This document shows positions 56,727-64,000 of a stretch of 64,000 bases of DNA, one piece after another; positions within the stretch are counted from its first letter, which is position 1; each line of letters opens with the position of its first letter. A program made the translations under genes and the position numbers. The notes beneath the pieces were generated by a model. That model searched no databases, was not told the origin of the DNA, and saw only the letters and a list, made by a program, of their open reading frames with translations. Source of the stretch: a virus (lineage: Duplodnaviria; Caudoviricetes); IMG/VR virus record IMGVR_UViG_3300032319_001025, positions 32,001 to 96,000 of that record; one strand, given 5' to 3'.

Positions 56727-57716
56727 ATGGCAGAGATTAAAACAGAAAAAATTAGAGTTGGTTCAGGAGATTTAACTTCCAGTACTTATTCTACTATTTC
56801 TTCAGGGACTGCTGCGCCTAGCGGTGGAAATGACGGGGATATTTATTTTAGGGTATCAAATTCAAGTTCGGATATTTATTTTAAGCGTGGTGGATCTTGG
56901 CTTTCTATATCTACAAATTTTGCTACATCAACATTAAATAATCTTATTGCACCAACTGCTATCAATGCCAGTTTATTATTTGGTTTTGATGGCGGTGCAG
57001 ATATCGGTGCTTCTGGGGCAAGCAGACCTAATAATGTTTATGTTAAAAACAGTATTAACTTGAATAGCTTAACTGCAAGTTCTTTATTGCAAACTGATGG
57101 GTCTAAAAACTTAGCGTCACTAGCAAATGGTACAAATGGTCAAATAATGACCATAGCATCTGGTGTACCATCATGGCAAAATCCTCCTGCTACTGCTGTT
57201 CCAACTGGTTCTGTAATAACATATGCTGGTACTAGTGCTCCTACTGGTTGGTTATTATGTAATGGAAATACAGTTCCGAATGGAGTAGGTACTGTTCAGG
57301 GTGTAACTGCAGATTTTAGTGCTTTATATGCAGTAGTTGGATCTACTTACGGTGCTGCTGGTAAATTACCGAATTGCCAAGGCGTATTTGTTCGGGGTAA
57401 CGGCACTCAAACTATAGGGGCCAAAACTTACACAGGAACACTTGGTACTTATCAAAACGATACTACGGCCATAAATGGAATAAGCATGGCAAGCGACGGA
57501 GATCATTTCCATCAAATTTTATGGAACACTTCTTTAGGCGGGCCAGCAAGAAACGGTCAAGTTGTAACTAACGTCGCAAATACACAATATGTAAACTCAG
57601 GAATCCCCGACAACACAAATATTATCGCAAATGCGGGAATCCACACCCATACCTTAACAGGAGATTCTGAAACTAGAGCGGCAAATCTTGCTTTAAACTA
57701 TATCATTAAATACTAG
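56727..57716 (+). CDS. Tail fibre protein with tail-collar domain
   Basis: VPTGSVITYAG...PTGWLLCNG...LPNCQGVFVRG...ETRAANLALNYIIKY. Confidence 0.9.
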   Translation: MAEIKTEKIRVGSGDLTSSTYSTISSGTAAPSGGNDGDIYFRVSNSSSDIYFKRGGSWLSISTNFATSTLNNLIAPTAINASLLFGFDGGADIGASGASRPNNVYVKNSINLNSLTASSLLQTDGSKNLASLANGTNGQIMTIASGVPSWQNPPATAVPTGSVITYAGTSAPTGWLLCNGNTVPNGVGTVQGVTADFSALYAVVGSTYGAAGKLPNCQGVFVRGNGTQTIGAKTYTGTLGTYQNDTTAINGISMASDGDHFHQILWNTSLGGPARNGQVVTNVANTQYVNSGIPDNTNIIANAGIHTHTLTGDSETRAANLALNYIIKY

Positions 57717-57719
57717 TTT

Positions 57720-58166
57720 ATGATCAGCAAAGACGAAATTTTAATGGGTAGAGATAAGCAATATCCTGATGAATACACTGAAGAAATATCCAATAACGTT
57801 GATCAGTTATTAGAAATAATGAATCAAGTCCGTAAAGCTTATAATAAGCCTATGATAGTAGCCTCTGGCTGGAGACCTTCCGCAATTAATGAAGGAACAT
57901 CTAACGCAGCTAAGAATTCTAATCATTTAAAAGGTCTTGCAGTAGATATTAAAGATACGGATGGAAGTCTTTGGAAATGGGTCCTAATGAATTTAGGGCT
58001 AATGAAAAAATTAGGGATATATTTTGAAGACAAGAGATGGACCCCAACTTGGGTTCATTTTCAAATTGTACCACCTAAGTCTAAAAAAAGAATCTACGTA
58101 CCTTCAACCGCACCTGCTAAAGCTGAGGATATTTGGGACGGGAAATACGATCCAAAATATAATTAG
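57720..58166 (+). CDS. Peptidase M15-family endolysin
   Basis: SGWR...N...SNHLKGLAVDI...WVHFQ zinc ligands. Confidence 0.85.
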   Translation: MISKDEILMGRDKQYPDEYTEEISNNVDQLLEIMNQVRKAYNKPMIVASGWRPSAINEGTSNAAKNSNHLKGLAVDIKDTDGSLWKWVLMNLGLMKKLGIYFEDKRWTPTWVHFQIVPPKSKKRIYVPSTAPAKAEDIWDGKYDPKYN

Positions 58167-58168
58167 CT

Positions 58169-58387
58169 ATGTATCGAACAATCGAAAGCTGTCGAGCTGT
58201 CATCCAAAAATATTTGGGTAGATATGGAACTTTGGCACCGCATGAAGCCGAAGAACTAGAAAGAGCCTACCAGGAAATAAAGGATATACAGAAAAATTGT
58301 ACACATAGTTTTAACGAGTTTACATGCTTTTCATCTAAAATAATGCAGTGTAAATATTGTATGCTTAAAATGGATGATTACGGCTGA
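58169..58387 (+). CDS. Small hypothetical protein with C-terminal Cys/His cluster
   Basis: CTH...CKYC. Confidence 0.5.
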   Translation: MYRTIESCRAVIQKYLGRYGTLAPHEAEELERAYQEIKDIQKNCTHSFNEFTCFSSKIMQCKYCMLKMDDYG

Positions 58388-58614
58388 TATTTAATATTCA
58401 GTTTCTTTTCTATTACTTTAAGTCTTGCTTCAATCAATTCAGCCCTAATTCTTTTGATTATCATCCATCGATGGTTAAAATCCATTTCCTCTTGGATTTT
58501 TCTTATATTATATAAAGCTGTTATATTAAATAACACCGAAATCAATAAGCCAATATATAAAAAGTTGCTTCCTATCCTAGTTCCTTTAACCTTCTTGTTC
58601 TTTTTATTTGACAT
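58378..58614 (-). CDS. Small single-TM protein
   Basis: Hydrophobic helix followed by a coiled coil. Confidence 0.55.
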   Translation of the reverse strand: MSNKKNKKVKGTRIGSNFLYIGLLISVLFNITALYNIRKIQEEMDFNHRWMIIKRIRAELIEARLKVIEKKLNIKYQP

Positions 58615-58622
58615 TTTTTAAA

Positions 58623-58847
58623 TCAATCCTGCTGATCGTTTTCTCTTTCTTTAATTACTGATTTTTCAACACCCCTTAAAGCTCTTAGCTCAATTGAAGA
58701 TAATACAAAATCCCAAGTTCCTTTTGGCATATCTTTTGGACGTTTTTCCACCGCTTCTCTGCAGTATCCAGCTATCTCTTCCAAACAAGATTGAAGTTCT
58801 TTTACTAGTTCTTTATTAGTCATTTTAACTCCATATTTAATCTTCAT
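58623..58847 (-). CDS. Hypothetical protein
   Basis: Part of the tightly packed - strand operon; the start is probably at the internal MTNK. Confidence 0.5.
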   Translation of the reverse strand: MKIKYGVKMTNKELVKELQSCLEEIAGYCREAVEKRPKDMPKGTWDFVLSSIELRALRGVEKSVIKERENDQQD

Positions 58848-59106
58848 AAACCATTCTGAATTTTAAATCTTCTTCGTATTCAAAATGATTAAAATTGTCT
58901 ATTCTAAGCCTACCAGAGCTATTGCTTTTATTGATATATTCTACTAATACCGATTTATCTAACGGATGATGTTTTTCTTTAAATTCTTTCCATGAATACC
59001 AGCCGTCGGCTTCTTTTAATCCGCAATACAAGCTTTGACATTCGTATTTAACACTAGTAAACAATGCATCTACTTTCATTTGAGATGAACATATTTGGCA
59101 TTTCAT
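58837..59106 (-). CDS. Zn-ribbon protein, paralog of 21913..22218
   Basis: Shared motifs; GAGG RBS. Confidence 0.65.
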   Translation of the reverse strand: MKCQICSSQMKVDALFTSVKYECQSLYCGLKEADGWYSWKEFKEKHHPLDKSVLVEYINKSNSSGRLRIDNFNHFEYEEDLKFRMVYED

Positions 59107-59126
59107 AAATACCTCAATATATACTT

Positions 59127-59321
59127 CTATTTATTGTAATCCAGCCATTCATAAACCCATGGCTTTTTCCAACTTTTATCAACTTCAAATCTTCCTAAAA
59201 CTATACTAAGAGCATCTTTATATATGTCTTCTGTGTAAGGAACATTGTTTTCTTTGCAGTATTCCATAGCCAATTCTTGGGTCAGGTCCTCAATAGATTC
59301 AGTGATTTTACCGTTAGCCAT
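59127..59321 (-). CDS. Hypothetical protein
   Basis: GGAG RBS. Confidence 0.55.
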   Translation of the reverse strand: MANGKITESIEDLTQELAMEYCKENNVPYTEDIYKDALSIVLGRFEVDKSWKKPWVYEWLDYNK

Positions 59322-59332
59322 ATACTACTCCG

Positions 59333-59503
59333 TTAATTCATTCTAGGCTCAGAATCTTTGTAAAGACCTTCTTTTACGCTTCTCGGTAGAGACTCAAAAT
59401 TATAATAAAACAAAAAATAACTAAAAACACTTTAGTTTTAAAAATCATTGATTATTTTGTGATCTAATTCATACCAATTTGTTTTTTTAACTTTTATTGC
59501 CAT
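59333..59503 (-). pseudogene. Possible disrupted small gene
   Basis: The ATG overlaps the upstream stop; a 57-codon frame fills the gap but has two internal TAA codons. Confidence 0.3.
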
Positions 59504-59754
59504 AAGGCCTCTTCAACTTTTACTTTTAAATTTCCTGCGCACACACCTTGGTGCCATACGGCGTATAACGCTTCTTTTATTTTTTCGTTTTCTTTTAAAA
59601 GCCGTTCTGCAAGTTCTGTGTCTTTTTGACCTTGTTCGTAGCCAGCCTCAAACATGGCAATTTCACATCCGGTTGGCGCTTTTAAAGTTGGAAAAAATTT
59701 AGCCAGACTGTTTTGCCAAAATTCAACAGCTTTATTTTTTACGTCGTTTTCCAT
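59494..59754 (-). CDS. Hypothetical protein
   Basis: 86-aa ORF in the operon. Confidence 0.55.
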   Translation of the reverse strand: MENDVKNKAVEFWQNSLAKFFPTLKAPTGCEIAMFEAGYEQGQKDTELAERLLKENEKIKEALYAVWHQGVCAGNLKVKVEEALWQ

Positions 59755-60151
59755 GTTTTAACCCTTTTTTAAAAGTTTTTTGTTTTTTATTAATTTTATG
59801 TTTTTTACTTAAAACTTTTTTAAGCGTTAAAAACAGGTTTTTTAAGTCCCATTTTAATGTAACAAGCGGGGCATAAAACAAATTAATAGTTTTGTTTATA
59901 AAGCCAGTCTTTAACATAAAAGGGTTATAAAACCTAGAAAGACCATTTTTTGCTTGCCACATGCCAACAAGCAAACCTTGAACATTTTTAGGGTTGCTAT
60001 AAAAGCAATCGCTTTTATTATTTTTAAAAATAGATTTTAATTGACTCCAAAATTCATCGCTAGTTAAAAACTCGTTTTCTTCTTTGTGGGCCAAATAAAT
60101 GCCGGTATATTTGTATATGTAACTTTTTAATTTTAAAATTACTTTTTTCAT
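59732..60151 (-). CDS. Hypothetical basic protein
   Basis: 139-aa ORF in the operon. Confidence 0.55.
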   Translation of the reverse strand: MKKVILKLKSYIYKYTGIYLAHKEENEFLTSDEFWSQLKSIFKNNKSDCFYSNPKNVQGLLVGMWQAKNGLSRFYNPFMLKTGFINKTINLFYAPLVTLKWDLKNLFLTLKKVLSKKHKINKKQKTFKKGLKHGKRRKK

Positions 60152-60207
60152 TATTATAACTTCCTGTTTACTTTATAATGAACAGCTTGTTACAGTGAAC
60201 AGTGGTT

Positions 60208-60954
60208 TCATCTGTTTTCCATATTTTTTAATAGTTTACCGCTAAGTACGGCTGTTGCTTGTGATGTGCCAGTTAAAGGTTTACCGTTTTGATCTTCTAC
60301 CCTCTCGCCTAAAGCCCAGTTTGTAACTGCGTGACCATAGTTAGAATGGCCCATTTTCTTACCTTCTGCGCTTAAGCTGCCAACTACGTAAAGGTTTTTA
60401 TTAGGCTTTAAACAAGCTGGAAAAAAGTTACATTTTTCATCTAAATTTGAACCATTGTTACCAGCAGCCACTACAACCTTGATATTTGAACTAAGAGCTT
60501 TCTTAACAACTTGATCTTCGCTAAGGCTGTAGCTTTCACCGCCACCACTAAAATTTATTAGGGCAGCTTTTAATTCAATTGCGTATTCAATTCCTTGAAG
60601 TTCTTTTCTTAAGTTACTAGAGAAAAAAAGTGATGTGGACAAATAATATTTAACTGAAAGAATACAGTATTTTTTCTTGTTAAAGCTTTTAATGATTTGC
60701 CAAGCAACGTTAGTTCCGTGACCGTTATAGTCAAAAAGACCTTCTCCAGTGTAATCTCTGTGACCATTAACACAAAGGTAAGGTGTAACTTTATTATCTT
60801 TAAAGTTAATACCAGTATCAAGAACTACAACTGGGATTCTTTTGTCGGTAAATTTTGACAGATAAAGCATTTCGGTTGCTTGATCGTTATCAAAAGCAAA
60901 TGAAACATTGGTTAATGTTAGGATTATTAGTAATGCTAATTTAACGTTTCCCAT
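60208..60954 (-). CDS. Secreted subtilisin-like (S8) serine protease
   Basis: VLDTG, NGHGT, AAGN, GTSQAT catalytic motifs; signal peptide MGNVKLALLIILTLTNVSFA from the ATG at 60954. Confidence 0.92.
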   Translation of the reverse strand: MGNVKLALLIILTLTNVSFAFDNDQATEMLYLSKFTDKRIPVVVLDTGINFKDNKVTPYLCVNGHRDYTGEGLFDYNGHGTNVAWQIIKSFNKKKYCILSVKYYLSTSLFFSSNLRKELQGIEYAIELKAALINFSGGGESYSLSEDQVVKKALSSNIKVVVAAGNNGSNLDEKCNFFPACLKPNKNLYVVGSLSAEGKKMGHSNYGHAVTNWALGERVEDQNGKPLTGTSQATAVLSGKLLKNMENR

Positions 60955-61501
60955 TCTTAAGTCCCTTCCTGAGTATGAATATATCATACAGGGACTTTTT
61001 AACAATTTCAAGTGGGAAAGGCAGCGATTTTTTAAGTAAATCTACGATTTTATTAACTTTTTTAAGACTTCTAGACTCTACTTCAATAAATACCCTCTTA
61101 TCGTTAACTACTTGATATACGCTGACATTTGTATCAAACCTGTCTAAAAATAATACAGTATATCTTTTCTTTAAGTTTTTCGGCTTCTTACCGTATTCTG
61201 CTGTTTTAAGCTTAATAGCTTGGTCTACATCAATCACATCTAGGTCGATTTCTAGTCTATCTAGATTATCGCCTTTATCGCACTTTTTAACGGTCATTTG
61301 ACCTTTGCCTTTTTTACTCTTCTCCATTTGTCTTACTCGGACAAAATCTACTGCTGGAGCTGGCCAATAATAATCAGTTCTTTCATCAGTAATAGTATGA
61401 ATAGGTTTAAATAGGTTTCTGCAAAAGTCGTCAATCTTCTTTAAACTATTGCAACCTTTAACTAGTAGCTTTACTTCTATTTCCCTATTCTTGTATCCCA
61501 T
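60941..61501 (-). CDS. CYTH / triphosphate-tunnel metalloenzyme (class IV adenylyl cyclase-like)
   Basis: REIEVK (ExExK); DYY; VRVR; TVK; RLEI; KKR; FIEVE. Confidence 0.85.
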   Translation of the reverse strand: MGYKNREIEVKLLVKGCNSLKKIDDFCRNLFKPIHTITDERTDYYWPAPAVDFVRVRQMEKSKKGKGQMTVKKCDKGDNLDRLEIDLDVIDVDQAIKLKTAEYGKKPKNLKKRYTVLFLDRFDTNVSVYQVVNDKRVFIEVESRSLKKVNKIVDLLKKSLPFPLEIVKKSLYDIFILRKGLKNGKR

Positions 61502-61709
61502 TAACAACCTTCTCTAGTTCAGCCATTGTAGCTTTAAGTTTTGTTAATTTTTTACTTAAATCATTATTGATTGCAATTAATTTCTTATAATTATTAATAG
61601 CATTAGAATAGTTATATTTAACAATATCGTCTTTTAATCCATGGGCAAAGGTACGGGCTATTTCAATATCCTGAGTTACTTCTCCAATTTGTGATACTAG
61701 TTTATCCAT
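61485..61709 (-). CDS. Small coiled-coil protein
   Basis: Heptad pattern. Confidence 0.5.
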   Translation of the reverse strand: MDKLVSQIGEVTQDIEIARTFAHGLKDDIVKYNYSNAINNYKKLIAINNDLSKKLTKLKATMAELEKVVNGIQE

Positions 61710-61712
61710 AAG

Positions 61713-61931
61713 TTAGTCAAACTTTTCAATTTCTTTTGTTTCAGCAAAAATTTTTTCACCATTTTTAAAAAACATATGAAAATCAAACGTATTTGGATAA
61801 TGCTTTAATAGCCAATAAGCTTCTTTTCTAATAGATTTCGGTATTTTTGGGGTTTTCTTAGGGTCTATTAGGTTTAATAGAAACCTTCGTGTATTTAATA
61901 TTGCATTTGTTCTTTCATCAGGTAAAGTCAT
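61713..61931 (-). CDS. BPSL0761-like conserved phage protein
   Basis: MTLPDERT.A...R.FL..L......P.IPK.IR.EA..LLKHYP. Confidence 0.75.
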   Translation of the reverse strand: MTLPDERTNAILNTRRFLLNLIDPKKTPKIPKSIRKEAYWLLKHYPNTFDFHMFFKNGEKIFAETKEIEKFD

Positions 61932-61995
61932 AATAAACTCCTTTAACTGGTATAATTATTGCACAATAAATCTTTATTGTAAAGATATTAGGTTT

Positions 61996-62265
61996 TTATG
62001 CCTGACCGTCTTCAACTGCCCCTCTTTCTTGTTTGCAGTTTTCGCAAGGGCATGAGTTTTTATAGTTTTTATCTAGAATTTCTGGATGAATCAGGTTTGC
62101 AATACCTTTTGTAATAAAAAGTATGGGTACTGTAATTAATCCAGCAGTAGCGGATATGATTGAGGTTAAAGTTCTTTTTACAAAAACAATTGGTAAAACC
62201 AAAAAAACCCCAAACAATTCAATTGATGCCGCTATAATCTCTCTTGTTTTCAATGTATTATTCAT
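61996..62265 (-). CDS. Small membrane protein with C-terminal CxCxxC
   Basis: Two hydrophobic segments; CPCENC. Confidence 0.55.
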   Translation of the reverse strand: MNNTLKTREIIAASIELFGVFLVLPIVFVKRTLTSIISATAGLITVPILFITKGIANLIHPEILDKNYKNSCPCENCKQERGAVEDGQA

Positions 62266-62437
62266 TTCTTACTTTCCCAGTTATTAAAGAACCATTTATT
62301 AAATTGATTCAGGGTCATCCTGCTCAAGCCAACAAAATGATTTTTATAGTCTCTGTATAGATTATTTTTAAATTCCACCTTTAATTCGTTTTGCTTTTTA
62401 GCATGTTTTTTAATTGTTTCTTTAGACTTTTTCATTA

Positions 62438-62653
62438 CTACTTTCTATACAATTTCTTAGTTGAGCTGACCTCTGGAGTAGCGTTTACATTAGCGTCAAA
62501 TGCCTTAACATTTGATACGTTTTTGTTCTTGTCTGTAAAACTAAACATCATGCCAGTATGATCGGGAGAATAATCAATATCAACAGATTCTGAAACAGAA
62601 TTAGTTTTAATGTACTCAAGGGCAAGTTCTAGATCTTTTAGTTTAATTCTCAT
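62438..62653 (-). CDS. Hypothetical protein
   Basis: 71-aa ORF in the operon. Confidence 0.55.
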   Translation of the reverse strand: MRIKLKDLELALEYIKTNSVSESVDIDYSPDHTGMMFSFTDKNKNVSNVKAFDANVNATPEVSSTKKLYRK

Positions 62654-62680
62654 TGTCTTTTCTTTCTTTTAAATCCTTTT

Positions 62681-62920
62681 TCATACTATAATCCACCACT
62701 CTTCTTTATTCCTCATTAAAATTGGCACCCTATCACTTTTTGCTCCTGCACCGTCTTCTTCGCAAATCTGACCGTCTATTAATTGTAAATAGTGTTCTCC
62801 ACTTTCATCATTGTAACATGAATTTTGAAGTTTATTGCCATTCAAAAAAGCTTGCATAACCTCTTTTGGGTTTTTAAGGGGCTTTGATTTCCATGTCATG
62901 CTATAATTTCCCTTTTTCAC
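62681..62920 (-). CDS. Hypothetical protein
   Basis: The start is probably at the internal MTWK. Confidence 0.5.
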   Translation of the reverse strand: MKKGNYSMTWKSKPLKNPKEVMQAFLNGNKLQNSCYNDESGEHYLQLIDGQICEEDGAGAKSDRVPILMRNKEEWWIIV

Positions 62921-63254
62921 CTTTTACTTCAAGTTCTGTTACATAGAATTGCTTAAAAGGTGATTTTACCAAATTATATTCTCTTATTAATATTTCTAAT
63001 TCACCAAATTCCGAATAATCTAAATTTATTTTTTTACCACTATTAAAAGAAAATGTTAAACCATTTCCGTCGTTTTCTAAACTTGCAGCCATTTTACCTT
63101 TTACCTTATTTGTCCATTTATTGTCAAGCTTAGAGTAAAAAAGTTTTAAAATGTAATGATGCGGAAAATTTTCTTTGCCGCCAAAGGTGTTAATTATTTT
63201 TTCTTTTAATGAATAAATTGAGTCAGTGTTATCTTTTAAATATTTTTTAACCAT
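62901..63254 (-). CDS. Hypothetical protein
   Basis: 117-aa ORF in the operon. Confidence 0.55.
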   Translation of the reverse strand: MVKKYLKDNTDSIYSLKEKIINTFGGKENFPHHYILKLFYSKLDNKWTNKVKGKMAASLENDGNGLTFSFNSGKKINLDYSEFGELEILIREYNLVKSPFKQFYVTELEVKGEKGKL

Positions 63255-63255
63255 A

Positions 63256-63477
63256 TTAACTATCCTTATTATAGTTTATTCCTCGTTTTATAGCTTCAAT
63301 TACTTGTTTTTTTACAACTTTTTTGTGTATTCTAAACTTTTTAGATTTAATTTCTTTAAGAAAATATTTTTCTACCCACAAAGGTATTTGAAAAATAGGC
63401 TCGCCTTCTGGTGCAACAATATAAAATCTTCCAGGCGTTTCTTCCCCGTACTTATTTTTATAATTATTTGGGTTCAT
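63256..63477 (-). CDS. Hypothetical protein
   Basis: 73-aa ORF in the operon. Confidence 0.5.
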   Translation of the reverse strand: MNPNNYKNKYGEETPGRFYIVAPEGEPIFQIPLWVEKYFLKEIKSKKFRIHKKVVKKQVIEAIKRGINYNKDS

Positions 63478-63487
63478 TTTTTATTAA

Positions 63488-64000
63488 TTAGTCTCCTTGA
63501 AGCAAATCCTCATCATCCATTCTAAAATCTGGATAATCAGTATCTTTAATTTCCTGGACTAAATTTTTAATAGATTCTGCACTAGCCATCTGCTGTTCTT
63601 CAACATGAACAATATTGTCTTTTTTATGCTTCATTATATCAGCTGGCGAAAACTTTTGTAAAGATTCTATATTAGCAATCTTATTAGCTGCTGCGTAAGC
63701 ATCAGCCTCTTTTGAAGACTTAGTATATACTGAACCGCATTTAAGGCCCAATCCGTGAGTTCTGCATTGCTCGAGTTTAGTTTCTGAAACGAAAGCGTTA
63801 CCAGTTTGAGACAGCCTGCTCTTAGAAATATAGAACTTAATGATTTTGCTTTCTTTATTATCAACCGACCTATTGATAGTTATTACGTTATCGGCACCCT
63901 GAACAATATTGTATGCTTCTGCAACATCTTCCATCTCGAGCATTCTATCTAAATCTCCACGGTTAATTTTGGCACCTTCTCTGTTAGCTTGAACTGGGAA
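63488..64000 (-). CDS. DnaB-like replicative helicase, C-terminal part (5' end lies outside the window)
   Basis: The frame stays open to the window edge: FPVQANREG...EDVAEAYNIVQGADNVITINR...ISKSR (SF4 motifs H3/H4). Confidence 0.85.
   Translation of the reverse strand, partial: FPVQANREGAKINRGDLDRMLEMEDVAEAYNIVQGADNVITINRSVDNKESKIIKFYISKSRLSQTGNAFVSETKLEQCRTHGLGLKCGSVYTKSSKEADAYAAANKIANIESLQKFSPADIMKHKKDNIVHVEEQQMASAESIKNLVQEIKDTDYPDFRMDDEDLLQGD

Noticed and set aside
16150-57716. Bacterial contractile injection system or tailocin rather than a phage
   Set aside because: The helicase, homing endonuclease, Dam methylase, dense small hypothetical ORFs and absence of host housekeeping context indicate a large phage genome.
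55567-57716. Diversity-generating retroelement acting on the fibre genes
   Set aside because: No reverse transcriptase in the window, and the two copies differ at many non-adenine and synonymous positions.
1-64000. Stop-codon reassignment, tRNA genes, CRISPR arrays, introns or inteins
   Set aside because: Long genes are uninterrupted in the standard code and end in TAA, TAG or TGA. I saw no cloverleaf, repeat-spacer array or intein motif by eye; tRNAscan/Infernal would be needed to exclude them fully.

Overview
This 64-kb window is part of a large, AT-rich, lytic-type myovirus (contractile-tailed dsDNA phage) read in the standard genetic code. The + strand carries the late/structural region: a neck or tail-completion gene, a ~15-kb block of seven unusual multi-domain proteins (985-15845), tail sheath, tail tube, tail chaperones, tape measure, hub, spike, wedge, a 2234-aa baseplate-J protein, fibres and an M15 endolysin. 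Blocks of accessory genes interrupt it (Hef-like endonuclease, matrixin, DnaJ, MetK plus Dam-type methylase, HAD phosphatase, PhaR-like regulator, GAF holin-like protein). A - strand early/replication block closes the window (subtilase, CYTH protein, DnaB-like helicase cut by the window end). The main finding is the 985-15845 block plus 23768-24490. These look like polyproteins: strings of unrelated enzyme modules (Nudix, three R-S-E ADP-ribosyltransferases, GNATs, zincin, T3-type SAM lyase, mCpol nucleotide cyclase, lytic transglycosylase) joined by recurring linkers, namely K-[S/T/A/N]-E, LxK-[G/S/A/T/N], KLAASE and Y-[F/Y]-x-x-L-x-K. I infer they are head-packaged cargo that the prohead protease cuts into a cocktail of host-takeover and anti-defence enzymes. 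A candidate late-promoter motif, (A/T)CTTAATCT, precedes most structural genes. All family calls come from motif recognition by eye; no database searches were run.
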